A DNA stretch of 64,000 nucleotides from positions 68,045 through 132,044 of the forward strand of contig JADFXQ010000001.1 in the NCBI GenBank assembly GCA_015233495.1. The letters are read 5' to 3'. Shown one piece after another: positions 48,965 through 58,645 of the stretch. The position numbers and the translations under genes were made by a program. The notes beneath the pieces were generated by a model that saw nothing but the letters and a program-made list of their open reading frames with translations, was not told the DNA's origin and did not search any database. The DNA comes from Candidatus Omnitrophota bacterium (GTDB lineage: Bacteria; Omnitrophota; Gorgyraeia; Zapsychrales; Zapsychraceae). The stretch's first letter is position 1. Each line of letters opens with the position of its first letter.

Positions 48965-51544
48965 TCACACAATTTCGATCACCAACCCATCGGCCTTTGC
49001 CTCCACCCGAACTACGCTCTTTTCCTTCACATCACCCTGCAACATCTTCAAGGCGATCGGGTCCTGTAATTCCCGCTGAATCACTCTCTTTAAAGGCCGC
49101 GCCCCATACACCGGATCATAACCCAGCCGGCCGATATAATCCAAGACCGCGTCGGTCACCTCCAACGCGATATATTTCTGCGCCAGCCTTTCGCGCAGCA
49201 CTCCGACCTGAATATCCACAATCTTTCGGATATCCTCCTTGCGCAGCCGGTTAAACACCACAATCTCATCCAGCCGATTCAAAAATTCCGGCCGAAAATG
49301 AGCTTTCAACGCCTCCTGAACGCGAGATCGAATCTCCTGCCGCTTCTCCAAACCGGCAATCAAATCCGAACCGACATTCGACGTCATAATAATGATCGTA
49401 TTCTTAAAATTCACCAACCGGCCCTGCCCATCGGTCAACCGGCCGTCATCGAGAATCTGCAAAAGCGCGTTAAAAACTTCCGGATGCGCTTTTTCAATCT
49501 CATCAAACAAAATCACCGCGTAAGGCCGGCGCCGCACGGCTTCCGTCAACTGCCCGCCTTCTTCATAACCCACATACCCCGGCGGCGCGCCGATCAACCG
49601 CGACACGCTGTGCTTTTCCATATACTCGCTCATGTCTAACCTGATCATGGCATTAACATCATCAAACAAAAACCAGGCCAAAGACCGCGCCAGCTCCGTC
49701 TTGCCCACACCCGTCGGTCCGACAAAAATAAACGAACCCATCGGCCGGTTGGGGTCATTCAATCCGGTCGCTGACCGGCGGATACAATTCGCGATCAAAT
49801 CCACCGCGTCATCCTGGCCGACCACCCGTTTCTTTAAACTCTCCTCGATATGCACCAGCTTCTGCGTATCGCTTTCCATCAATTTCGTGACCGGGATCTT
49901 CGTCCACTTGGCAACTACCTCGGCGATATCCTGGTCATCAACTTCTTCTTTCAACAAAGCGCCGCCTTTCTGCAATTCCAGCAACGCCGCGTTTTCTTTT
50001 TGTAAATCCTTATCGAGCTGGACGAGTACACCATAACGGATTTGCGCCACCTTATCGAGCATCCCCTGTTTTTCAAATTGCTGTTCCTCGGCCCGGGCGC
50101 GCTCAATATCCGTCTTGATCTTGCGAATCCGCTCGATCCGTCCCTTCTCATTCTGCCAGCGGCCGCGCAATTGTTTGTTTTCTTCCTTAAGTTCCGCTAA
50201 ATCCTGTTTCAATTTAGCCAAACGCTGACGAGATGCCTCATCCGTTTCCTTAGCCAAGGCCTGCGCCTCGATTTCCATTTGCCGGATCTTGCGTTCATTC
50301 ACGTCTAATTCCTGCGGCATACTGTCAATCTCAATCCGCAAACGCGACGCTGCCTCATCTATCAAATCAATCGCCTTGTCAGGTAAAAACCGGTCGGTAA
50401 TATAGCGTTGTGACATCACCGCCGCCGCGATCAAGGCCGGGTCCTGAATCCGCACGCCGTGATGAATTTCATATTTTTCCTTCAAACCCCGCAGAATCGC
50501 GATCGTGTCTTCCACCGTCGGCTCATTCACCAGAACGGGTTGAAACCGCCGCTCCAGGGCCGCGTCTTTTTCAATATATTTGCGATACTCATCCAAAGTC
50601 GTAGCGCCGACACAGCGCAGCAATCCCCGTGCCAAAGCGGGTTTCAGCATATTGGAAGCGTCAAGCGACCCTTCAGCCTTGCCCGCGCCGACAATCGTGT
50701 GCAGTTCATCAATAAACAATATGATCTCGCCGGCCCGCGATTCAATTTCCTTAAGCACCGCTTTCAACCGGTCTTCAAATTCTCCCCGGAACTTGGCCCC
50801 GGCCAAAAGACTGCCAATATCGAGGCTAATGACTTTTTTATCCTTTAAACCTTCCGGCACGTCGCCAGAGGCGATCCGCTGGGCCAGACCTTCAATGATC
50901 GCGGTTTTCCCCACGCCAGGCTCGCCGATCAATACCGGATTATTTTTGGTCCGGCGGGACAAAACCTGCACGACGCGGCGGATTTCCTCATCACGGCCAA
51001 TCACCGGATCGAGTTTTCCTTGATTCGCGGCCGCGGTCAGATCCCGGCCGTATTTGTCCAATGCCTGATATTTCGCTTCCGGATTATCGTCCACCACGCG
51101 CTGCTCGCCCCGAATCTCTTTTAAAAAACGTAAAATATCGTCTTCGCTAATCCCGTTTTTCCGCAACTCCCGGCTCAAAATAGATTGCTGATCACGGGAA
51201 ATGGCCAAAAAAATATGTTCCTGCGAAACATAATCATCTTTCATGCCGGCAGCGATTTTTTGGCTGTTTTCCAACACCTGATTCGCAGCCGGAGACAAAA
51301 ACGGTTGTCCCCCGCCGTCCACAGCCGGACGCTTGCGCAAATTGTCATCCAAAGAACTCAACAACCGATCCGCGGACAAGCCGAATTTCTGCAATAAAAC
51401 GCCGAACAGCCCCGCGTCTTCCTTAATATAGGCAAAGGTCAAATGGTCAACATCAATCTGCTGGTGCCCCATCTGCCCCGCCAAATCCATGGCCTTTTGC
51501 AACCCCTCCTGCGACTTTTGCGTAAGCTTATCAAATCGAATCAT
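48965..51544 (-). CDS. clpB: Chaperone ClpB
   Basis: Two AAA+ modules ([16 protein letters not shown]), coiled-coil M domain, GARPLKR. Confidence 0.98.
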   Translation of the reverse strand: MIRFDKLTQKSQEGLQKAMDLAGQMGHQQIDVDHLTFAYIKEDAGLFGVLLQKFGLSADRLLSSLDDNLRKRPAVDGGGQPFLSPAANQVLENSQKIAAGMKDDYVSQEHIFLAISRDQQSILSRELRKNGISEDDILRFLKEIRGEQRVVDDNPEAKYQALDKYGRDLTAAANQGKLDPVIGRDEEIRRVVQVLSRRTKNNPVLIGEPGVGKTAIIEGLAQRIASGDVPEGLKDKKVISLDIGSLLAGAKFRGEFEDRLKAVLKEIESRAGEIILFIDELHTIVGAGKAEGSLDASNMLKPALARGLLRCVGATTLDEYRKYIEKDAALERRFQPVLVNEPTVEDTIAILRGLKEKYEIHHGVRIQDPALIAAAVMSQRYITDRFLPDKAIDLIDEAASRLRIEIDSMPQELDVNERKIRQMEIEAQALAKETDEASRQRLAKLKQDLAELKEENKQLRGRWQNEKGRIERIRKIKTDIERARAEEQQFEKQGMLDKVAQIRYGVLVQLDKDLQKENAALLELQKGGALLKEEVDDQDIAEVVAKWTKIPVTKLMESDTQKLVHIEESLKKRVVGQDDAVDLIANCIRRSATGLNDPNRPMGSFIFVGPTGVGKTELARSLAWFLFDDVNAMIRLDMSEYMEKHSVSRLIGAPPGYVGYEEGGQLTEAVRRRPYAVILFDEIEKAHPEVFNALLQILDDGRLTDGQGRLVNFKNTIIIMTSNVGSDLIAGLEKRQEIRSRVQEALKAHFRPEFLNRLDEIVVFNRLRKEDIRKIVDIQVGVLRERLAQKYIALEVTDAVLDYIGRLGYDPVYGARPLKRVIQRELQDPIALKMLQGDVKEKSVVRVEAKADGLVIEIV

Positions 51545-51563
51545 AGCGCCTCCTTCTCTTCGA

Positions 51564-51590
51564 TTAGCAGTCTATCATTGAGAGTGCTAA
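51564..51590. promoter_or_regulatory. CIRCE operator upstream of clpB
   Basis: TTAGCAGTC-N9-GAGTGCTAA. Confidence 0.92.
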
Positions 51591-51644
51591 AAAGCAAGAA
51601 AAATTAATTGCCTGCTTTATCAACAAAAATTTTCTCCTAACAAT

Positions 51645-51680
51645 TTGACAATGCGCAGCAAATGTGTATATTAATACACA
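51645..51680 (+). promoter_or_regulatory. Promoter and operator of the mazEF-like pair
   Basis: TTGACA-16-TATATT. Palindrome TGTGTAT-ATTA-ATACACA overlaps the -10. Confidence 0.7.
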
Positions 51681-51694
51681 AGGAGGTGTGTATT

Positions 51695-51916
51695 ATGGTG
51701 CGCATGAATATAACAATGCCGGATCGGATAGCTCAAAAACTATCTAACATAAACAATAAAAGCCGTTTTATCGCCGAAGCCGTCGAGGAAAAAATCGACA
51801 CCCAAGAAAAACAAATACTTTTTGCGGCTTTGTCTCAAGAATACAAACAAATGTCAATGCGGCAAAAAACATTCATCAAAGATTGGCAAAAAATTGAAAC
51901 CGAGGGCTGGGAATGA
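51695..51916 (+). CDS. Ribbon-helix-helix antitoxin (MazE/CopG-like)
   Basis: RMNITMPD...NKSRFIAEAV. AAGGAGG RBS. ATGA coupling to the toxin. Confidence 0.85.
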   Translation: MVRMNITMPDRIAQKLSNINNKSRFIAEAVEEKIDTQEKQILFAALSQEYKQMSMRQKTFIKDWQKIETEGWE

Positions 51917-52260
51917 AAAATCCGCATCCCCAACGCGGAGAAATTTGGGTCGTTCAATTGGATCCCGCGATCGGCTCCGAAATCAAAAAAACCAGACCCG
52001 CCTTAATTATTTCAAACAACGCGCATAATCGTTTCATGGGCCATTTGACAGTTTTACCCATCAGCGACGCGGGTGAGAAAGTTTATTTAGTCGAGGTATT
52101 CCTCCCCGCCGGCATAGCAAACTTAACAAAAAATTCCAAAATCCGCTGTCATCAAATCCGAACCATTGACAAATCCCGTTTTATTAAACCGATAGGTTCC
52201 ATTCCACAAATGTATTGGGAATCTATTGAAAAAGCCCTGCGAATCCATTTAAATTTTTAG
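51913..52260 (+). CDS. mazF: MazF/PemK endoribonuclease toxin
   Basis: RGEIWVVQLDPAIGSEIKKTRPALIIS...QIRTIDKSR. Confidence 0.93.
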   Translation: MKNPHPQRGEIWVVQLDPAIGSEIKKTRPALIISNNAHNRFMGHLTVLPISDAGEKVYLVEVFLPAGIANLTKNSKIRCHQIRTIDKSRFIKPIGSIPQMYWESIEKALRIHLNF

Positions 52261-53555
52261 CCACCTGCCTCGCCCCGGCCTTCTGTCTTCTGCCCTCCAT
52301 ATACAGCAAATTTCCCGCACATTTGCGCCGGGACTGAAGCCCGGATGTTGATGTGGTCTTCGTAATAGGTGATGGACGTCACCTCGCCGTCATTATGGGC
52401 GAGACTCACCAGGTCCATCCGGTTGATCGGCACGTCGACGTTGATTTCCACGAACAGCGACATGAGCATGGTGCTGATCTCTTCCAAGAGACGCGGGATA
52501 TTCTCTCCGGACAACGCGGAAATCGCGATCGCGTTTTTAAACTGCTTGGCCGCGCCGTCCAAAAATGTCCGATCCGCCAGTTTATCGATTTTATTAAACA
52601 CCACGATCATCGGTTTCTGGTCCGCTGCCAATTGCTTCAGCACATCGACCACCGCCTCATAAAGCAAACCATACTGGGTATTGCTGACATCCACCACGTG
52701 CAAAAGCAAATCCGCGTCCTGCACTTCCTCAAGCGTCGCCTTAAACGATTCGATGAGGTTGTGCGGCAAATCGTGCATAAATCCGACTGTGTCAGAGATG
52801 ACCACCTTCTGATGATTCGGCAGAGCAAACTGCCGTGCCAAAGAGTCCAGCGTCGTAAACAGCCCGTCGTGAGTGATCTGTCCCGCGCCGGTCAGAGCGT
52901 TTAACAGCGTTGACTTCCCGGCATTGGTATACCCGACCAAAGAAATCAGCGGAACCTTGGCCTGGCGTTTCTTGCGCTTCACCGAACGATCCGCGGAAAT
53001 CTCTTTCAATTTATCCCGCAGCCGTGCGATCTTATCATCGATCTGCCGGCGGTCGACTTCCAATTTCGTTTCGCCGGGACCCACTGTGCCGATGCCGCCG
53101 CCCAACCGAGACATTTCCTTGCCGTGGCCGGTCAACCGCGGCATCAGATATTGCAGCTGCGCCAGTTCAACCTGCATCTTGCCTTCATTGCTCGTCGCGC
53201 GGCGGGCAAAAATATCTAAAATCAATTGCGTCCGGTCAATCACCCGGGTTTTCACGGCTTCCTCAATATTTCTCTGCTGACTGCCTTTCAAATCATAACT
53301 GAAAATCACGGTATCCACCGCGTGTAGAGAACAGCGCTGGGCAATCTCCTGGATCTTCCCCTCTCCGATCAAATACCGCGCCGTCGGCTCCACGTCCTTG
53401 CACAATACCGAATCCACTACTTCGCCCCCGCCGGAAATGACCAATTCCTTCATCTCCGCGAGATGCTCCTCCAGACTCCAGGTGGCCCGCTGGTTATGCA
53501 AATAAACCACGACAATCAAAACCTTTTCCTTCCCGCGCTGGGTCGAATGCGTCAT
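52257..53555 (-). CDS. hflX: Ribosome-splitting GTPase HflX
   Basis: LILDIFARRA, GPGETKLE, GYTNAGKS, DTVGF, NKID. Confidence 0.97.
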   Translation of the reverse strand: MTHSTQRGKEKVLIVVVYLHNQRATWSLEEHLAEMKELVISGGGEVVDSVLCKDVEPTARYLIGEGKIQEIAQRCSLHAVDTVIFSYDLKGSQQRNIEEAVKTRVIDRTQLILDIFARRATSNEGKMQVELAQLQYLMPRLTGHGKEMSRLGGGIGTVGPGETKLEVDRRQIDDKIARLRDKLKEISADRSVKRKKRQAKVPLISLVGYTNAGKSTLLNALTGAGQITHDGLFTTLDSLARQFALPNHQKVVISDTVGFMHDLPHNLIESFKATLEEVQDADLLLHVVDVSNTQYGLLYEAVVDVLKQLAADQKPMIVVFNKIDKLADRTFLDGAAKQFKNAIAISALSGENIPRLLEEISTMLMSLFVEINVDVPINRMDLVSLAHNDGEVTSITYYEDHINIRASVPAQMCGKFAVYGGQKTEGRGEAGG

Positions 53556-53578
53556 GTAAGTCCTTTATGATCCTTAAA

Positions 53579-54421
53579 TTATTTCTTCAACAGCTTCTTA
53601 TTCTGCGGAATTGTAAGATAATTTTCCCGACTGACAACCAAGTCTCCGCTTTTTTGTTCCAATTCTTTTCTGGCATTGCCGGCCACACTTCCACCGTCAA
53701 TGGCTGCCTGCTTATTCGAATCAAAACCCTGGGAATTACGGCCGCGGGCGATTTTTGTCGTTGATGCTTCCCCAAGCATGGAGAAAATCAATTCCAAATC
53801 CGTCATATGATCCCGCAAATTCTGACGACTCAATCCCTTATATTTTTTATACTCGGAAGGGGTCATCCCAAATGCCGCTTTTGAAATTTCTGCAGTTAAA
53901 ATCGCGTAATTCTGCTGGTCTTTAATACCTCGTTTGTTCCATTCATCCGTCAATTCCTCCCTAATGGCAATACCGCGCACGCGTTTTTCAATCCACTCCT
54001 CCGAATATCCTTTTGCTTTATAAATCGCCCTTAAGCGTTTCATAGCCAGTTCGGGGTCTTCAATTTCCTGAACGCGCTCATAACCAACTTTAGCCAACCA
54101 GCGTTTAAATGGTTCTGCTTTGGGCGACGGTATCGTCTGAATAATACGAAATAAGCTTTCAGTATTAGCACAGTCTGTCAAATATTCCTTGCCGTCAGAT
54201 GCCATTAATTTCAGTTGTCCGATTTTTTCGGACACCTCAACATACCCTTCTTGAATCAATTTTTTCTTTAAATCGCTCCAATATTTCCTGGGTCTTGCTG
54301 TTTCAGTGAGCGCCTCCACAACATCAATAACCGAAAACCACCATTCATTCTGATGAATCGTTTTCCTAACCTGCTTTCCTTTAAAAACAGCAATTTTGGT
54401 TACACTGATTTCATTGCGCAT
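53579..54421 (-). CDS. Bro-N domain (phage antirepressor-like) protein
   Basis: WWFSVIDVV, IPSPKAEPFKRWLAKVGYER, NLRDHMTDLELIF. RBS GGAGG. Confidence 0.9.
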   Translation of the reverse strand: MRNEISVTKIAVFKGKQVRKTIHQNEWWFSVIDVVEALTETARPRKYWSDLKKKLIQEGYVEVSEKIGQLKLMASDGKEYLTDCANTESLFRIIQTIPSPKAEPFKRWLAKVGYERVQEIEDPELAMKRLRAIYKAKGYSEEWIEKRVRGIAIREELTDEWNKRGIKDQQNYAILTAEISKAAFGMTPSEYKKYKGLSRQNLRDHMTDLELIFSMLGEASTTKIARGRNSQGFDSNKQAAIDGGSVAGNARKELEQKSGDLVVSRENYLTIPQNKKLLKK

Positions 54422-54496
54422 CTCCGCCTCCCCCCATCCAAAACGATTCAAAAATATCAACCACAACAAGCTTAAAGATTATATCAGCTCATTTCC

Positions 54497-54580
54497 TCAT
54501 GCACAAAACAACATCTTATTATGCACAAATTGACATGACTTCATGCACAAAACAGCAAAAAATTACGCACAAGTTGACAA
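54497..54580. repeat. Four GCACAA boxes at exact 22-bp spacing (44-bp tandem duplication)
   Basis: GCACAA at 54501, 54523, 54545 and 54567. Confidence 0.85.
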
Positions 54581-54641
54581 ATGTTGATTTTTCCGTCGGT
54601 GAGCATCTTTTGAAATAGACGATGAAATGGCCCCATTGATT

Positions 54642-55166
54642 TTATCTGGCCCGGACCGGATGACCTCCCACGGATCCTGCGCATAAAAACTCCGGCAAGG
54701 TTTGGGACAGCGGAAACACTCCGAGAACGTCTGGCGACAAACCCCGGAAATCGGCAACACCCGCTGGGTCAAACCGAAAGGTCCAAGACCCGCCGCGGGT
54801 CTCGACGCCTTCCTCGAGTAGATCAATTCCGCCGTTGGCTGGCTGCCGTCCTACGGGCGAAGCAGCAGGTTTTTCTGGAACGACCAACGGCAAATAAACC
54901 GTGAATTTTGAACCTTTTCCCAATTCTGAAACAGCTTCGATATTCCCATACATTTGATGCACAATCATGTAAACAGCTTCCAAGCCGAGCCCTGTTCCGG
55001 GAACATCTCCGACATTGCCGGCCCGAAACCCCCTGTAAAAAACTTTTTCGATTTCACCCGACGGTATACCAATGCCCGTGTCCTCAACTTCCAAAACCAT
55101 GCACGGCTTCTCTGACTGACCGGAGTATTTGAGCTGTTTTGAAGCTTTGGCGAGTCGAACTGTCAC
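54642..55166 (-). CDS. C-terminal part of the frameshifted modular protein: HATPase G1/F/G2 boxes + GGIDL module
   Basis: EVEDTGIGI, KVFYRGFR, GTGLGL, GKGSKFTVYLP, then NGGIDL tail. Continues the HATPase begun in 55163-57472. Confidence 0.85.
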   Translation of the reverse strand: MTVRLAKASKQLKYSGQSEKPCMVLEVEDTGIGIPSGEIEKVFYRGFRAGNVGDVPGTGLGLEAVYMIVHQMYGNIEAVSELGKGSKFTVYLPLVVPEKPAASPVGRQPANGGIDLLEEGVETRGGSWTFRFDPAGVADFRGLSPDVLGVFPLSQTLPEFLCAGSVGGHPVRAR

Positions 55167-57472
55167 CCCCCCCGTGGTGTGTATTTGATCGCGTTTTGCA
55201 GAAGATTATCCACAACCACTTTCAGCCAATTAACGTCACAACGCGCCACAAACATATCCTCATCCGTTAATTCCACGCGAAAATCCAATCCTTTCGCAAC
55301 TGCCCGACTTCTCCCAGCCGCGACACTTGCGGCAATCAATGGCGTGACATTTCTCGTCTGAAAATCACTGCCTTGCTCTAATAAACCAATAAAAAGATCC
55401 GACGCGTCCATCACATAATTTTCCGACGCGTTATATTTTAAATACTGCTTTAATGATTCCATGGCCTGCGGCGATTGAGCATCTGCCGCGTGAATTAGCT
55501 CTAATAACCGGGGAATATGTCCATATATAAATGGATATATCCCCAAGGGAAATGCATCCACTCCGCCATTGTGCCTCAATGAAGTCATAAAATCACAAAA
55601 ATCGTTATAACCGTTTCTCTTTAATAAATCCCGAACACCAAACCAAGGGGCGTTTCCCTGCCCAATGAGATGATTGAGCCGCCCTGCGAATGCCGCTTTT
55701 TCCGCCTCGGTAATTTCGCCGTTGGTCTGAACCCCAGGCAAAGAGCGTCCGGCATAAATCTGAATATATCCGTCTTCCTTTTCCTGCCATTGTTTAAAAT
55801 CCGGAGACGCCATAACCCCGGAAAACATCCCGGATTCGCGCATCGCAACTTTCGCTTGAGTCCGCTTGCGTTCCTCGGCGTCCCGATCTAATCCGCCGAA
55901 TATTTCATTCTTATGAAGAACTAAAGATGTCAGTTCTTTTTCACTAAAACCAAAAGAATAATGAAAATCATAAGAAAAATCCCTGCCCCACCAAATCATC
56001 ACTTTGTCCACTTTAAAATCTCTGGCTGTTTCCCGCAAAAATGCGTCCATTCGTTGTCTGATCCGGGGTTCAACAATCCCGAATACTGCCGGCAATGCCC
56101 TAATCGCGTCAACGTGGATTTTGATTTCATCCCCGGCTTGACGAATTTGCGGATAAGCGTCCCGCTCAAAAGCCTGAATGCCTTGTTCTTGCAATACCTT
56201 TAATCCTTTAGCAAACGCGGCCTGCAGTCCGGGATATAATGCTCGCATCGCCTTCATATGCGCGGTCAATCTGTCCCTGGCTTCCTTAATTGTTAACCGC
56301 CGCGGTTCGGCGGAATACGTCGGACTGGAGGAAGCCGAATCAAAATTCAGCCGCACCGGAATTTCGCGGTACCGGCGCGTTGATCCGTTTTGCGGAATTT
56401 GGGCAGGAGAGGAAACCGTTTCAATCGCCGCTGACGCCAGAGCCACACCGCCGGAAAAATATTTCCGCGTCACGCTTTCTTCCGTGAGCGGGTCATAATC
56501 TTCCTTGGTCGTGTTATACACGCCTTGTTTGAAGGCCGCGATGTATCGGTTATACATTTTCTCTTTAATGGTTTTGTCCGCGAGGTCAATGCCGACAATC
56601 TTATTTTGGTCCGCGTAAGACCGGCCGAGGATGCTGTCTTTGAGTTTGCGTTTAAACCAAGAAGCCAAGATAAACGAATGGACCACCTGGCGCAGAGGGG
56701 CAAAATGAGCGCCTTCATTGACTTCTTTTTCCAAGGCCGGGATAACAACCTCGCGGGTGATTCGGGCGGCAATGTCGTCCATCGGGCAAGACGGCGCACG
56801 CGCGACAGCGGGTTTTGCCGCGCGCTGACCGATATAGTCTTGCTCCAACATGACTTTTAACCGGCTTTCAACAACATAGGCCGTGGCCTCGGTTTTTGTT
56901 CTTCCGCCCTCGTAAACCACTGCCTTGTCGAGAACAATCCAGACTTTATTCAATGTCTCGATCGGGATATCAGTCGTGCCATAACGCTGTCGCGCATAGC
57001 CGTAAACCTTTTCCCAGAATTCCTTGCCGACCGGGCTATCGGGATTGAGCAAAGACGCGGTGATTTGTTTGAGGATAAAATCCTGGCTTAAAAGATCGCG
57101 GCCCAGGTCCGTGACTGCCAGGCTGTCGGGGATGACCCGGTTTTTTTCATAAGGCGAGAGATTCACCCAAAGATCTTTTTCCGGAACGGTCAACGCGGCC
57201 AGAAAATATTTGACGAGTCGGCCGGATTCCGTTTTCAGTTTTTCCGGCAAGTAATCCGCGTTCCCGACATCCAAAATAAAATCCAATTTAAACGGATTAT
57301 CTGCGTAGACCTTGACGCCTTTCAACAAAGGCGGGCCGAATTCCAGGCTCAATGCCGGCCGGCTGACGGTCGCCGGCAGTTGCGCCAGTCCCTGACCCGC
57401 AACCGGATCAACCTGGGCGCTGATAAACGCCGATAAAATGAAAATGGCAACAATGCGTCGCGTCATAAACAA
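55163..57472 (-). CDS. Secreted modular protein: conserved N-terminal domain + histidine-kinase-like cargo, split at a G8 tract
   Basis: Signal peptide. N-terminal domain paralogous to 11142-13394. Ends in the N-box DNLLQNAIKYTPRGG*. Confidence 0.85.
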   Translation of the reverse strand: MFMTRRIVAIFILSAFISAQVDPVAGQGLAQLPATVSRPALSLEFGPPLLKGVKVYADNPFKLDFILDVGNADYLPEKLKTESGRLVKYFLAALTVPEKDLWVNLSPYEKNRVIPDSLAVTDLGRDLLSQDFILKQITASLLNPDSPVGKEFWEKVYGYARQRYGTTDIPIETLNKVWIVLDKAVVYEGGRTKTEATAYVVESRLKVMLEQDYIGQRAAKPAVARAPSCPMDDIAARITREVVIPALEKEVNEGAHFAPLRQVVHSFILASWFKRKLKDSILGRSYADQNKIVGIDLADKTIKEKMYNRYIAAFKQGVYNTTKEDYDPLTEESVTRKYFSGGVALASAAIETVSSPAQIPQNGSTRRYREIPVRLNFDSASSSPTYSAEPRRLTIKEARDRLTAHMKAMRALYPGLQAAFAKGLKVLQEQGIQAFERDAYPQIRQAGDEIKIHVDAIRALPAVFGIVEPRIRQRMDAFLRETARDFKVDKVMIWWGRDFSYDFHYSFGFSEKELTSLVLHKNEIFGGLDRDAEERKRTQAKVAMRESGMFSGVMASPDFKQWQEKEDGYIQIYAGRSLPGVQTNGEITEAEKAAFAGRLNHLIGQGNAPWFGVRDLLKRNGYNDFCDFMTSLRHNGGVDAFPLGIYPFIYGHIPRLLELIHAADAQSPQAMESLKQYLKYNASENYVMDASDLFIGLLEQGSDFQTRNVTPLIAASVAAGRSRAVAKGLDFRVELTDEDMFVARCDVNWLKVVVDNLLQNAIKYTPRGG

Positions 57473-57493
57473 AAAAAGTTTAAAAATAAGGAT

Positions 57494-57523
57494 AAAAAAA
57501 GGACAGCCTGCCTGAGACTGCCC
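57494..57523 (-). terminator. Intrinsic terminator-like hairpin just upstream of the modular gene
   Basis: GGGCAGTC-TCAGGCA-GGCTGTCC-TTTTTTT on the minus strand. Confidence 0.6.
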
Positions 57524-57605
57524 TTAAAATATATACTATTTATTTCAAAATGGCCAATTTTTGACTAAACATATATAATTTGATCAATGCCGACGAAGAT
57601 GTTAA

Positions 57606-57700
57606 TATTTGACCGATGCGATCAAAAAAGGGGATGTCCTATGGCTAAGAAAATAGTGAAACTTTGGTTTGATAAAGAAGGCGATATTAAACGTGAGTAA
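57606..57700 (+). pseudogene. Relic of a DUF4258-like/DUF2283 putative TA pair
   Basis: YLTDAIKKGDVLWLRK* (57606-57656) overlaps MAKKIVKLWFDKEGDIKRE* (57641-57700). Confidence 0.55.
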
Positions 57701-57733
57701 ACTGTCCCATAAACCTATTCGAGTTTCGTTGAT

Positions 57734-58645
57734 TTAAAATTCACTGATCGTTTTAACGGCAACGGCTATCGGCTTATCTTTTCCCAACTCAATCCACTGC
57801 GCTCGTTTTTCTTTCCGAAACCAGGTGAGCTGGCGTTTGGCGAATTGGCGGGTGTGCATTTTCATGAGGATTTTGGCGGCCTCCAGGTCGTGTTCGCCGC
57901 GAAAGTAAGCTTGCAGTTCCGGGATGCCGATGAGCGAGCCGGCGGTGCGGCTTAATTTTATGCCGGCGAGAGATTTGATTTCTTCAAGCAAGCCGGCCGC
58001 GAACATCGCGTCCACGCGCTGATTGATCCTCTCATACAATTCTTCCCGGTCGAGGTTCAGGCAAAAAATATCAATCGGTTGTTTTCCCCACAACCCGCGC
58101 CGTTCTTTCTGCGCCTCGGTTGCCGGCCGGTCATGGGTCAGGCAAATCTCCAAGGCCCGAATCAGACGTCGGCGGTCATTCGGGTGGACTTTTGATGCAG
58201 CTTGCGGGTCTTGGCTTCGCAATTGTTCATATAAAAACGCTAGGCCTTTCTCATCCGCCAATAGGGATAACTCTTCCCGGCAACCGCCATCTTGACTCCG
58301 ATCTTCAAAAATCCCGTCTAACAAAATCTGCATATACATCCCGCTGCCGCCGGCCACGACCGGCACCCGGCCGCGGGACTGGATGTCGACGATCGCGGCG
58401 TTCGCCATGCGGTTGAACGCGGCCACATCATAATCTTCCGTCACGGAGAGAAACCCGACGAGATGGTGCGGAACGCGGCGCAAACCATCATCGGACGGCC
58501 GGTTGTTGGCGATGCGGATCTCGCGGTACACCTGCATCGAATCGCAGGAAACAATCTCCCCGCCAACCCGCTCGGCTACTGCCAAGGCGATTTCGGATTT
58601 CCCGACTGCCGTAGGCCCGACGATAAAAACAATCTTATTTATCAT
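57734..58645 (-). CDS. miaA: tRNA dimethylallyltransferase
   Basis: GPTAVGKS, DSMQVY, HPNDRRRLIRALE, TRQFAKRQLTWF. Confidence 0.97.
   Translation of the reverse strand: MINKIVFIVGPTAVGKSEIALAVAERVGGEIVSCDSMQVYREIRIANNRPSDDGLRRVPHHLVGFLSVTEDYDVAAFNRMANAAIVDIQSRGRVPVVAGGSGMYMQILLDGIFEDRSQDGGCREELSLLADEKGLAFLYEQLRSQDPQAASKVHPNDRRRLIRALEICLTHDRPATEAQKERRGLWGKQPIDIFCLNLDREELYERINQRVDAMFAAGLLEEIKSLAGIKLSRTAGSLIGIPELQAYFRGEHDLEAAKILMKMHTRQFAKRQLTWFRKEKRAQWIELGKDKPIAVAVKTISEF

Noticed and set aside
48755-49069. 104-aa ORF
   Set aside because: It runs through the palindromic element and antisense into clpB, so it is probably spurious.
53579-54421. Prophage
   Set aside because: It is a lone Bro-N gene with no integrase, structural or replication phage genes in the window.
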